The notes under the pieces: model-generated
What the model was told of the DNA's origin: nothing
The model's input: the letters and a program-made list of their open reading frames with translations, nothing else
The model's database searches: none
Shown here: in pieces, positions 16,446-24,164 of the stretch
How the letters are laid out: each line of letters opens with the position of its first letter
Numbering within the stretch: the first letter of the stretch is position 1
Translations under genes and position numbers: made by a program
Source of the DNA: Sulfurovaceae bacterium
Lineage (GTDB): Bacteria; Campylobacterota; Campylobacteria; Campylobacterales; Sulfurovaceae
Direction: 5' to 3'
NCBI GenBank assembly: GCA_029933395.1
Contig: JAOZOG010000003.1
Location: 1 to 32,336, forward strand
Length of the DNA: 32,336 bases

Positions 16446-17357
16446 ATGGACAGGTATAATGATAGTATCAGAGCGCTGGTCAACGCCCCTCTGTTGAGTA
16501 CACTCTATTACAAAAGCAGGGAGGGTAAGTTTCGGCTCACCCTGAGAGCATGGAGATGGTTGATCGTCATTGTGATCAATCTTCTCTTTTTCCTCTCTTT
16601 CCATATTGACTTGCAGTTGCTGGAAGGAACATTGAATGGATCGAGGCTTTTTGGTTTTCACCTGATTGACCCCTTTACTGCATTGGAGATTTTCGCTGCT
16701 GAGCACCACTTCCATATCAATGTGATTATAGGAAGTGTCACGCTGATTGTATTTTATCTTCTGGTAGGCGGTAAGGCATATTGTGCCTGGGCGTGTCCCT
16801 ATGGTGTTCTCAGCGAAATCGGTGAACGAATCAATCAAATACTGGTTCGAAAGAAACTGATCAAAGAGCATCGCTTCAACCCCAATGTACGTTTTGTTTT
16901 CTGGGGTATCTTTCTGGCTGCAGCCGCAATCGACGGATATCTTGTTTTTGAAGTGATCAACCCAATCGGTTATCTGAGCCGTGCGATCACCTATGGATGG
17001 AGTCTCGCTTTTGTCTGGGTATTCGTCGTTCTGGCAATCGAAATATTCTACTCCAGAAGAGCCTGGTGTAAATATATCTGTCCGGTAGGAACCACTTATA
17101 ATATGCTGGGTTGGGTCAGTGCCACCAAAGTACAGTGGGATATGAACAAGTGTGATCACTGTGGCGCCTGCCTCAGCGCATGCTTTGAAGATCATGTGCT
17201 GGAATTTATCAAACCGAAATACGATAAAGAACGTGCCGAAAAGGGTGTCGAGAAGCAGTTGGTCATCAATGGTGACTGTACGCTCTGTGGTCGATGTTTC
17301 GATGTCTGCCATACTGACGCCTATAATTACGAGTTCAGATTGAAGGATTTGGTATAG
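16446..17357 (+). CDS. nosH: NosH, NapH-like membrane-bound iron-sulfur protein (putative quinol dehydrogenase subunit)
   Basis: Multiple TM helices, two CxxCP motifs (CAWACPYG, CKYICPVG) and two ferredoxin-type motifs (CDHCGACLSAC, CTLCGRCFDVC). Confidence 0.9.
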   Translation: MDRYNDSIRALVNAPLLSTLYYKSREGKFRLTLRAWRWLIVIVINLLFFLSFHIDLQLLEGTLNGSRLFGFHLIDPFTALEIFAAEHHFHINVIIGSVTLIVFYLLVGGKAYCAWACPYGVLSEIGERINQILVRKKLIKEHRFNPNVRFVFWGIFLAAAAIDGYLVFEVINPIGYLSRAITYGWSLAFVWVFVVLAIEIFYSRRAWCKYICPVGTTYNMLGWVSATKVQWDMNKCDHCGACLSACFEDHVLEFIKPKYDKERAEKGVEKQLVINGDCTLCGRCFDVCHTDAYNYEFRLKDLV

Positions 17358-17999
17358 ATGCTGGTTGTAGCCAAAAATGTCAGTAAGAAATTTATGGGAA
17401 GCTATGTTCTTGACAAAGTGAATATTACGATCAACAGCGGAGACCGCATCGCGATGATGGGGCCCAACGGTGCAGGGAAAACAACGCTGGTGAGGGCAAT
17501 ACTCGGCTTCTATCATATCGACAGCGGTGAGATCTCTGTCAAGGGTTTCGATCCTGTCAAAAAAAGAGTCGAAGTTTTGAAGCATATCAGTTTCATTCCG
17601 CAGCTGCCGCCACCGGTAAAATTGAGTCTCGAAGAGCTCCTGGTTTATGTGGAGCGCAGTTCCGGAGTCTCGAGAAAAAAGATTTTTGAAGAGTCTGCCA
17701 GGATGGATCTGGATCTGAAGAGTCATATCTCAAAGCCCTTTTTCAAACTTTCGGGCGGGATGAAGCAGAAACTGCTTATCGCTATCGCCCTCTCCAAAAA
17801 GAGTGAGCTTCTGATCTTCGATGAGCCGACAGCCAATCTTGACCCCAAGGGGCGGGAAAAATTCTATGAATTGCTGACAGAGATCGACCCGGCCTGCTCG
17901 ACACTCTTTATTACCCATAGGCTGGATGAGATCGAGGGTCTGGTCAATCGAAAGATCTATATGGATCTCGGGAGTGTGACAGAAGATGAGAAGATTTAG
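17358..17999 (+). CDS. nosF: NosF, ABC ATPase of NosDFY
   Basis: Walker A GPNGAGKTT, signature LSGGMKQKL and Walker B LLIFDEPT. The start abuts the nosH stop. Confidence 0.9.
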   Translation: MLVVAKNVSKKFMGSYVLDKVNITINSGDRIAMMGPNGAGKTTLVRAILGFYHIDSGEISVKGFDPVKKRVEVLKHISFIPQLPPPVKLSLEELLVYVERSSGVSRKKIFEESARMDLDLKSHISKPFFKLSGGMKQKLLIAIALSKKSELLIFDEPTANLDPKGREKFYELLTEIDPACSTLFITHRLDEIEGLVNRKIYMDLGSVTEDEKI

Positions 18000-18492
18000 T
18001 CCTGCCGGCTTCTCGCCAATTGCTTTTTTTGCGACTATCTTGTTTGCGACACTCTTTTTGCTGAGCTTTTCCGGCTGCGAAAAAAAGCCGATCGGTGCGG
18101 TCGACAAGATGCACTGGGACAGGGATATGTGCGAACGCTGCAAAATGGCGATCAGCGATCGCAAATTTGCCGCTCAGATCATCGACCCGAAAAGCGGCAA
18201 AGTCTATAAGTTTGACGACATCGGTTGCGCGGTTCTATGGATGGATGAGACAAATATCCCCTGGAGAGATCAGGCGATTATCTGGGTGACCGATGCAAAA
18301 ACAGGCAAGTGGATCGATGCGAGAAAAGCAAAGTATACCGATGAATCGATTACGCCAATGGCATACGGATTTGCTGCCCATAGTGATGAGACACTTCCGC
18401 CGGACAGTCAGGTACTGAATTTTGGGAAAGTTAGCGAAAAGATCAGAGAGATCGAAAAAATAAACAGTGAAAAGCTGAGGTCATATAAGTGA
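17986..18492 (+). CDS. nosL: NosL-family copper chaperone lipoprotein
   Basis: Lipobox LSFSGC. The NosL-type pattern is present: D-M-C49-ER-C52-K-M54-AISDRKFAAQ...FDDIGC...W..A..A.Y....TPMAYGF. The gene overlaps nosF by 14 nt and nosY by 4 nt. Confidence 0.8.
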   Translation: MRRFSPAGFSPIAFFATILFATLFLLSFSGCEKKPIGAVDKMHWDRDMCERCKMAISDRKFAAQIIDPKSGKVYKFDDIGCAVLWMDETNIPWRDQAIIWVTDAKTGKWIDARKAKYTDESITPMAYGFAAHSDETLPPDSQVLNFGKVSEKIREIEKINSEKLRSYK

Positions 18493-19316
18493 AAAATCTT
18501 TTTTTAATTGCGTATCTGGATGTCAAAGAGTCTCTTCGTTCCAAATGGTTCTATGTCTATGCACTTATCTTTGGCGGCCTGATGGCACTCTTTTTTGTTA
18601 CGGGTGTCTCCGACTCCGTTGTGATGGGTTTTACGGGACTGAGCCGAATGCTTCTGATCTTCATCCAGGTGACGATCATTATCCTGCCGATTTTTATCCT
18701 CATCACGACAGTCAAGTCGATCTCCGGTGACAGGGAGAGCAATGTACTTGAGTATATGCTCTCTTTTCCTGTCTCTCTCAAGGATTACTACTGGGGCAAG
18801 ATGCTGGGACGCTTTTCGACCGTTTTCCTGCCTGTATTTCTGGCACTTTTGATGGGTGTAGTTTTCGGGCTTTTCAGCGGGGGAGAAATGCCGTGGAAAA
18901 TGGTCTTTCTCTACTCTGCACTCCTTTTCTCGCTCAGTTTTGTCTTTCTGGGTTTGGCTTTTTTCCTCTCGACGATAGTCAAGTCGACAGATGTCGCACT
19001 GGGCAGCTCTTTTGTTGTCTGGATCGCTATGCTGGCTTTTATCGACATTGCCCTGATGGGACTGATGCTGCAGAACAGGCTGAGCGATGAGGTAATTATC
19101 ACTATCGCGATGCTCAACCCTATTGAAGTCTTTCGGATCGGTGCGATCTCCCTCTTCGATCCGGAACTGACAGTGATCGGCCCGGTCGCTTACTATCTGC
19201 TGGATACACTGGGAGCCAAACTCCTGATGGTCTACGCGCTGGTCTATCCTATACTTGTAGGCGCTCTTTTTGCTTATTTTGGGTATATTGCTTTTAGAAA
19301 AAAAGATCTTTTATAA
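18489..19316 (+). CDS. nosY: NosY, ABC-2 type permease of NosDFY
   Basis: 275 aa with six predicted TM helices. GTG start in a GTGA overlap with the preceding gene. Confidence 0.88.
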   Translation: MKNLFLIAYLDVKESLRSKWFYVYALIFGGLMALFFVTGVSDSVVMGFTGLSRMLLIFIQVTIIILPIFILITTVKSISGDRESNVLEYMLSFPVSLKDYYWGKMLGRFSTVFLPVFLALLMGVVFGLFSGGEMPWKMVFLYSALLFSLSFVFLGLAFFLSTIVKSTDVALGSSFVVWIAMLAFIDIALMGLMLQNRLSDEVIITIAMLNPIEVFRIGAISLFDPELTVIGPVAYYLLDTLGAKLLMVYALVYPILVGALFAYFGYIAFRKKDLL

Positions 19317-19325
19317 GGAAATACT

Positions 19326-19790
19326 ATGAAAAAGCTACTATTGGCGCTGTTGCTTTGTGCAGGAACGCTTCCGGCAGGAGAGATCAGCCCTGTCGATCAA
19401 AACAGTACGGACCCCGTCTATCAGCTTGCTTTGAAAAAATATCCCAAATGGCTCTGTGAAGCAACACTTGAGAATGGAAAAGTGATGCAGTTTGTTTCGG
19501 TCAAATCGATGATGCAGGTCTATTATCATCAGGAGTATTTTATCAAGCACAAATTGATGGAGAGTCCAATCAAGGCACTCTATGTACAGGATTATATGAG
19601 TGGAGAGAGGATCGATGCAACAAAGGCAGTCTATCTTTTCGGGAGCAAAATTGTCGGCCCGCATGGGGATGACCTGATCCCTTTCGCTTCGGAAGAGCGC
19701 GCAAAACTTTTTATGATGAAAAATGCCGGAACGAAAATTTTACCTTATACGAAGCTGACCAAAGGATTGATTCGCTACCTGGATATGTGA
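19326..19790 (+). CDS. NosL-like periplasmic protein lacking the CxxCGM ligand motif
   Basis: The C-terminal half (YVQDYMSGERIDATKAVYLFGSKIVGPHGDDLIPFASEERAKLFM..) aligns with the NosL paralogue at 21336 (VTDFYTLEGIPAKEAYYVTGSNLFGPMGNELIPFKTEEAAKNFM..). The N-terminal YPKW is retained, but CPVCGM is absent. Confidence 0.75.
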   Translation: MKKLLLALLLCAGTLPAGEISPVDQNSTDPVYQLALKKYPKWLCEATLENGKVMQFVSVKSMMQVYYHQEYFIKHKLMESPIKALYVQDYMSGERIDATKAVYLFGSKIVGPHGDDLIPFASEERAKLFMMKNAGTKILPYTKLTKGLIRYLDM

Positions 19791-19869
19791 GCCGCGACAA
19801 GAAAAAGAGATCTGTGCATCGTTTTAGTCGAGAGGACTGAAGCTATCTATTTGATAAAATTCCAAAAGG

Positions 19870-20400
19870 ATGAATACTATGAAGAGACCGGAACCAATTG
19901 ATGAAGAGATCATACTCAAAAACAATGTCTATATCGAGAGCGATACCGATACCAAAGGGATCATCACCTACTGTAATGACTATTTCGCCGAAATTTCAGG
20001 CTACAGCAAAGAGGAGCTGATCGGGCAGCCGCACAGTATTGTCCGGCATCCCGATATGCCCAGGATACTCTTCAAGATCCTTTGGGATCGCATACAAAGC
20101 GGGCAGAACTTCGTTGCCGCAGTCAAAAATCTTGCCAAAGACGGACGATACTATTGGGTTTTTACCGATTTTGAAGTGCTTAAAGATGAAAATGGTGATA
20201 TTGTCGGATATAAAGCTTCCAGAAAGAAAATCTCAAAACATGTAACGGATGTACTCGATCCTATCTATAGAAAACTGGTCGAGATCGAAAAAGAGGGCGG
20301 TATGGAAGCGTCAGAAAAATATTTGACAGAGTTCCTGCACTCCCATGGCAGTGATATCACGGTGGACAATATGCTCGAAGAGATCCATCGGCTATACTAA
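19870..20400 (+). CDS. Stand-alone Aer/CetB-like PAS (FAD-type) sensor protein
   Basis: TDTKGIITYCNDYFAEISGYSKEELIGQPHSIVRHPDMP...KNLAKDGRYYWV closely follows the Aer PAS-FAD signature. There is no output domain. ATG 19879 is an alternative start. Confidence 0.85.
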   Translation: MNTMKRPEPIDEEIILKNNVYIESDTDTKGIITYCNDYFAEISGYSKEELIGQPHSIVRHPDMPRILFKILWDRIQSGQNFVAAVKNLAKDGRYYWVFTDFEVLKDENGDIVGYKASRKKISKHVTDVLDPIYRKLVEIEKEGGMEASEKYLTEFLHSHGSDITVDNMLEEIHRLY

Positions 20401-20428
20401 GCGGGATGTGTCAGAGTTTAGCTCCTCT

Positions 20429-20460
20429 TTAACATGGATTTAACACTAACTAACGATAAT
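20429..20460 (+). promoter_or_regulatory. TTAACA direct repeat (11-bp phase) plus N4 plus GATAAT -10 box
   Basis: ttaacatggat at 20429-20439, ttaacactaac at 20440-20450, taac, then gataat at 20455-20460. The ATG is at 20489. Confidence 0.55.
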
Positions 20461-20488
20461 TGAGTTATCAAAAATATAAGGAGAGAAA

Positions 20489-21241
20489 ATGAAAAAAGTT
20501 CTATTGGCGCTTCTGGTGCTTGCAGGAATGACGAGTATCGCAAATGCGGAGATGAAGTGTGCACCGGGGAAATGTGCGGCAGGCAAATGTGGTGCTGCAA
20601 TGAAATCAGGCAATAAGCCTAAAAAAATGACGAAGATGTTTCAGATGGTACCGGCAGACAAGGCGACGATCCTGCAAAAAGGGGATGCCAAAATGTTCTG
20701 TCCCGAGTGCGGTATGACACTGCCGATGTTCTACAAGACCAACCACGCGGCAACGGTAGATGGCAAAGTGAAACAGTACTGCTCTATCCATTGTGTTGTG
20801 GAGGATATGAAAAAAGGCTCCAAGCTGGAAGATATCAAAGTGGTCGATGTCAAAAGCTTGAAGTTTATCCCGGCTGAAAAAGCTTTTTATGTCGTAGGCA
20901 GCAGCAAAAAGGGAACGATGACGATGGTCAGCAAGTATGCGTTTGCCAACAAAGTCGATGCTGAAGCTTTTGCCAAAGAGAATGGGGGCAAGGTGGTTGA
21001 CTTCAAAGGTGCGTTGAAAGCGGCAGAAGATGATTTTGACAAGGACAGCACCATGATTGCCAAAAAGCAGAAGATGATGGCGCAAAAAGGTGAGATGATG
21101 TATGGCAAAATGTGTCAGAAGACAGACAAGAAGTTTGCCACTACAGCAGAGGCAAAAGCCTTTATTGTAGAGAATAAACTCTGCAAAGATTTGAATCCGA
21201 AGCAGTTGCAGGCAGTGGGACTCTACCTGAAGAGCAGATAA
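20489..21241 (+). CDS. Secreted multi-module putative copper-binding protein: (GKCxx)3 tract, TRASH/YHS-like Cys4 motif, NosL-like domain, Met-rich tail
   Basis: A signal peptide ends ..SIANA and is followed by EMKCAPGKCAAGKCGAA. Next comes C71-PE-C74-X23-C98-SIH-C102. The NosL-like segment is AFYVVGSSKKGTMTMVSKYAFANKVDAEAFAKENGGKVVDF. Met-rich runs include KKQKMMAQKGEMMYGKM. Confidence 0.7.
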   Translation: MKKVLLALLVLAGMTSIANAEMKCAPGKCAAGKCGAAMKSGNKPKKMTKMFQMVPADKATILQKGDAKMFCPECGMTLPMFYKTNHAATVDGKVKQYCSIHCVVEDMKKGSKLEDIKVVDVKSLKFIPAEKAFYVVGSSKKGTMTMVSKYAFANKVDAEAFAKENGGKVVDFKGALKAAEDDFDKDSTMIAKKQKMMAQKGEMMYGKMCQKTDKKFATTAEAKAFIVENKLCKDLNPKQLQAVGLYLKSR

Positions 21242-21268
21242 GAACCTTCGCAGTTGGTGCTTGTTTTG

Positions 21269-21286
21269 CTCCGCACTTCTGCGGGG
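21269..21286 (+). terminator. Hairpin terminator candidate
   Basis: ctccgca-cttc-tgcgggg (7-bp stem including one G-U pair) followed by taaaattt, 28 nt after the stop. Confidence 0.45.
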
Positions 21287-21335
21287 TAAAATTTCGGACT
21301 ATTTGTTGGTGTGGCAATAAAAAAGGATTGATTGA

Positions 21336-22013
21336 ATGAAAAGTGTAGCTTTTTTCGTAATACTCCTGGCTCTGCCGCTTTTTTCCGGGGAGATGAGTGC
21401 GGCAAAAATTGTCAAACTTGCCAATAAGGGTGAAAAAATTGTGAAGACACTCTGCGAGAAAGAAAAACTTCCCGATTCTACCGGTACGATTGAACAATTG
21501 ATACCAAAAATTAAAAAATCACAGGCTTGCCCACCTCTGTCCAAATCAAGGCTTGAAGCCGTTGCCTACTACCTTAGTAACGGCAGCATGAAGCTTTCCA
21601 AAAAGCATATTGACGTGCCTGGTAATGCAAAATGTCCGGTATGCGGCATGTTCGTCAGCAAATACCCCAAATGGGCCGCATTGATGGTGGTTGATGGTAA
21701 AAAGTACTATTTTGACGGTGTTAAAGATCTGATGAAATTTTATATTTTTGATGGAGATTTTCCCTATGACCGGAGCAAGGTCACCGAAATCACTGTGACC
21801 GATTTCTATACACTCGAAGGCATCCCTGCCAAAGAGGCCTATTATGTGACAGGGTCCAATCTGTTCGGCCCTATGGGAAATGAGCTGATTCCCTTCAAAA
21901 CAGAAGAGGCGGCCAAGAATTTTATGCGTGATCATCAGGGCGAAGCGATCGTGCGTTTCGATCAGATCACGCCCAAGATGGTGATGGCCCTTGACGGTAT
22001 CGAGCAGGAGTAG
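21336..22013 (+). CDS. NosL-family protein (second full-motif paralogue), Sec-exported
   Basis: C100-PV-C103-G-M105 FVSKYPKW (nt 21633-21650), then ..FDGVKDLMKFY.. and ..YYVTGSNLFGPMGNELIPFKTEEAAKNFMRDHQGEAIVRFDQI. An extra 90-aa N-terminal region carries two more Cys. Confidence 0.85.
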   Translation: MKSVAFFVILLALPLFSGEMSAAKIVKLANKGEKIVKTLCEKEKLPDSTGTIEQLIPKIKKSQACPPLSKSRLEAVAYYLSNGSMKLSKKHIDVPGNAKCPVCGMFVSKYPKWAALMVVDGKKYYFDGVKDLMKFYIFDGDFPYDRSKVTEITVTDFYTLEGIPAKEAYYVTGSNLFGPMGNELIPFKTEEAAKNFMRDHQGEAIVRFDQITPKMVMALDGIEQE

Positions 22014-22019
22014 GGCTCG

Positions 22020-22274
22020 ATGATCAAGCCTTTTTATCTGTTGGGCGTATCGCTACTCCTGCTGGTCGCCTTCGTGGGTCTACATTATACTTTGAGTGAC
22101 AGAAAAGATATGGTGGACGACATCACAAACATTGCGGATATCAGCCGGATCTCTTCACCCTCTCTGAGTGTTGCCTGGTACGAGCCGAGGCTTCACCTGA
22201 TAGAAGCAGCAGGCAACTGCGCCTATCCCGAAATGATATCGCTTGACAGGATGGATTTTGTCTATGCAGAGTAG
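22020..22274 (+). CDS. Small membrane-anchored hypothetical protein
   Basis: 84 aa with an N-terminal TM helix (FYLLGVSLLLLVAFVGL). The start is 6 nt after the preceding stop, and the stop overlaps the permease ATG by 11 nt. No family recognised. Confidence 0.5.
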   Translation: MIKPFYLLGVSLLLLVAFVGLHYTLSDRKDMVDDITNIADISRISSPSLSVAWYEPRLHLIEAAGNCAYPEMISLDRMDFVYAE

Positions 22275-23442
22275 TCCCTTTTTCTATTTTCTGACACTGG
22301 AATTTTTCAAGGAACGCAGGAAACATATCGGAGTGATCGCTATCTCGCTGGTGATTCTCTTCTTGCTCAGCAGTGTACTTTTTATCTCTTCATCCATCCG
22401 GTATTCTCTGGTGCAGACCCTGGAGTGGGAGCCTGATTTTGTCGTGCAGCGTATTCAGGGTGGTGAACGGGTTGATACACCGATCTCGTGGATCGACGAT
22501 ATCGTGGAAGTGCATGGGGTGGACGAGGTCACACCACGTGTCTATGGGCGCTACTTTTTCAAACCCAAAGGGGTCTCATTTTTGATTGTGGGGGTAGACT
22601 TTATGGATGAGCAGAGCCACCGGGCACTGCGAAAAATCATGAACGAGACAGATTTGAAGCAGTTTTTGCAGGGAGACCGGATGTTGGTTGGAGAGGGTGT
22701 TTCGAGCTATCTCAAAGCACACTTCTATCCCAAAGACTACACCTTTTTGACGCCGAAAGGCAGTTTCAAAAAGGTGGAGATATTCAAAATACTTCCCCGA
22801 AGTGGCAATCTGCTCTCCAATGATATGATCATCATGCCAATCGCTCTGGCTCAGGAGATTCTGGGGATGGGGGAGGAGAAGGTAAGTGATATCGCCTTCA
22901 ACGTACCCAATGATGACGAGTGGGACAATGTGGCGGACAAGATCAGTACCTTTCACTACGACTTGCGTGTACTGACCAAAGAGGATATCAAAAAAGCGTA
23001 TGAGAATCTCTACAACTACAAGGGCGGTATCTTTTTGATCCTTTTCCTGATTACGATGGTGACATTTGTGCTGATTCTCTATCAGCGCTATGCGATGGTC
23101 TATTCGAGTGAACGGCGGCATATCGGGCTGCTCAGGGCACTGGGGTGGAGTATTCATGATGTCTTGAAGTTGAAGTTCTTCGAGACGATGATGGTTGTGA
23201 TCGTCGCTTTTGTGCTGGGTGTGACACTGGCGTATCTCTATGTCTTTGTTCTGGGAGCGCCGCTGATGAGAGAGATTTTTCTGGGTGGCGCCAACCTGCA
23301 CAATGAAGTCGTTCTGGTTCCGGTACTCGATTTCACCGTACTGAGTACCATCTTTCTGATCTATGCCGTTCCTTTTGTTTCGGCCGTACTGATCCCCGTC
23401 TGGAGAATCGCTGTGACCGACCCCAAGGAGGCAATGCTATGA
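22264..23442 (+). CDS. MacB/FtsX-type ABC permease (1 TM, large periplasmic domain, 3 TM)
   Basis: From ATG 22264: MQSSPFFYFLTLEFFKERRKH.., then TM1, a periplasmic domain of about 210 aa, then three C-terminal TM helices. This topology is typical of type VII ABC permeases. The track start TTG 22243 is less likely. Confidence 0.85.
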   Translation: MQSSPFFYFLTLEFFKERRKHIGVIAISLVILFLLSSVLFISSSIRYSLVQTLEWEPDFVVQRIQGGERVDTPISWIDDIVEVHGVDEVTPRVYGRYFFKPKGVSFLIVGVDFMDEQSHRALRKIMNETDLKQFLQGDRMLVGEGVSSYLKAHFYPKDYTFLTPKGSFKKVEIFKILPRSGNLLSNDMIIMPIALAQEILGMGEEKVSDIAFNVPNDDEWDNVADKISTFHYDLRVLTKEDIKKAYENLYNYKGGIFLILFLITMVTFVLILYQRYAMVYSSERRHIGLLRALGWSIHDVLKLKFFETMMVVIVAFVLGVTLAYLYVFVLGAPLMREIFLGGANLHNEVVLVPVLDFTVLSTIFLIYAVPFVSAVLIPVWRIAVTDPKEAML

Positions 23443-24155
23443 TGGGCGACAGTGCAGTGATCGTGATAGAGGAGCTCAACAAGCATTTCAGGAGCGGAGA
23501 GGCTGTGACGCAGGTTCTTCGTGATATCAATCTGCAGATCGATGCAGGCGAGTGTATCGTTCTCAAGGGTGTCAGCGGAAGCGGAAAGACAACACTTCTT
23601 TCAATTATCGCAGGAATGGACCGTCCCAGCAGTGGAAAAGTGTTGGTGGAAGGGGAGCCGATCAGTAAGCTGCCTGACCTGCATATTTCACATTTCAGGG
23701 CACGAAAAATCGGGATGATCTTCCAGCATTTCAACCTCTTCGAGCATTTGACGGCATTCGAAAATGTGATGATTCCACTCATTCCTGTCGGCCTGAAAAT
23801 GGATGAGGTCAACCAGAAAGTGACATCGAGCTTGAAGTTGGCTAATATTTATCACAAAGCCCAAAGTCCGGCAGGACGGCTCTCCGGAGGGGAGAAGCAG
23901 CGGGTGGCCATCGCCCGTGCGCTGGCTTCCGATCCGGATATCATCCTCTGCGATGAACCCACTGCGAATTTGGATCGGGAAAACTCTCTGAAATTCATCG
24001 AAATACTCTCGCAGCTTCACGAGATGGGGAAGACGATCGTAGTAGCGACCCATGATCCCCTCTTCGACGAACTGCCTTTTGACAGCAGAATGGTACCGAT
24101 AGAGGATGGATCGCTGTTGGATGGGCGCACCGAAAATCCATCCGCAAAATCCTAA
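23439..24155 (+). CDS. MacB/LolD-type ABC ATPase
   Basis: Walker A GVSGSGKTT, Q-loop IFQHFNL, signature LSGGEKQRVAIARAL and Walker B IILCDEPTANLD. The start is in an ATGA overlap with the permease stop. Confidence 0.92.
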   Translation: MMGDSAVIVIEELNKHFRSGEAVTQVLRDINLQIDAGECIVLKGVSGSGKTTLLSIIAGMDRPSSGKVLVEGEPISKLPDLHISHFRARKIGMIFQHFNLFEHLTAFENVMIPLIPVGLKMDEVNQKVTSSLKLANIYHKAQSPAGRLSGGEKQRVAIARALASDPDIILCDEPTANLDRENSLKFIEILSQLHEMGKTIVVATHDPLFDELPFDSRMVPIEDGSLLDGRTENPSAKS

Positions 24156-24164
24156 AGGGGCGAC

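Noticed and set aside
19843-19858. TTGATAAAATTCCA upstream of the PAS gene as a third Crp/Fnr box.
   Set aside because: Only the left half-site matches; the right half (TTCCA) does not resemble ATCAA.
20549-20596. Calling the KCAPGKCAAGKCGAA tract an HvfA-type RiPP precursor.
   Set aside because: No DUF692/MNIO or partner gene is in the window, and the tract is part of a 250-aa multidomain protein. It is reported only as a Cys-repeat resemblance.
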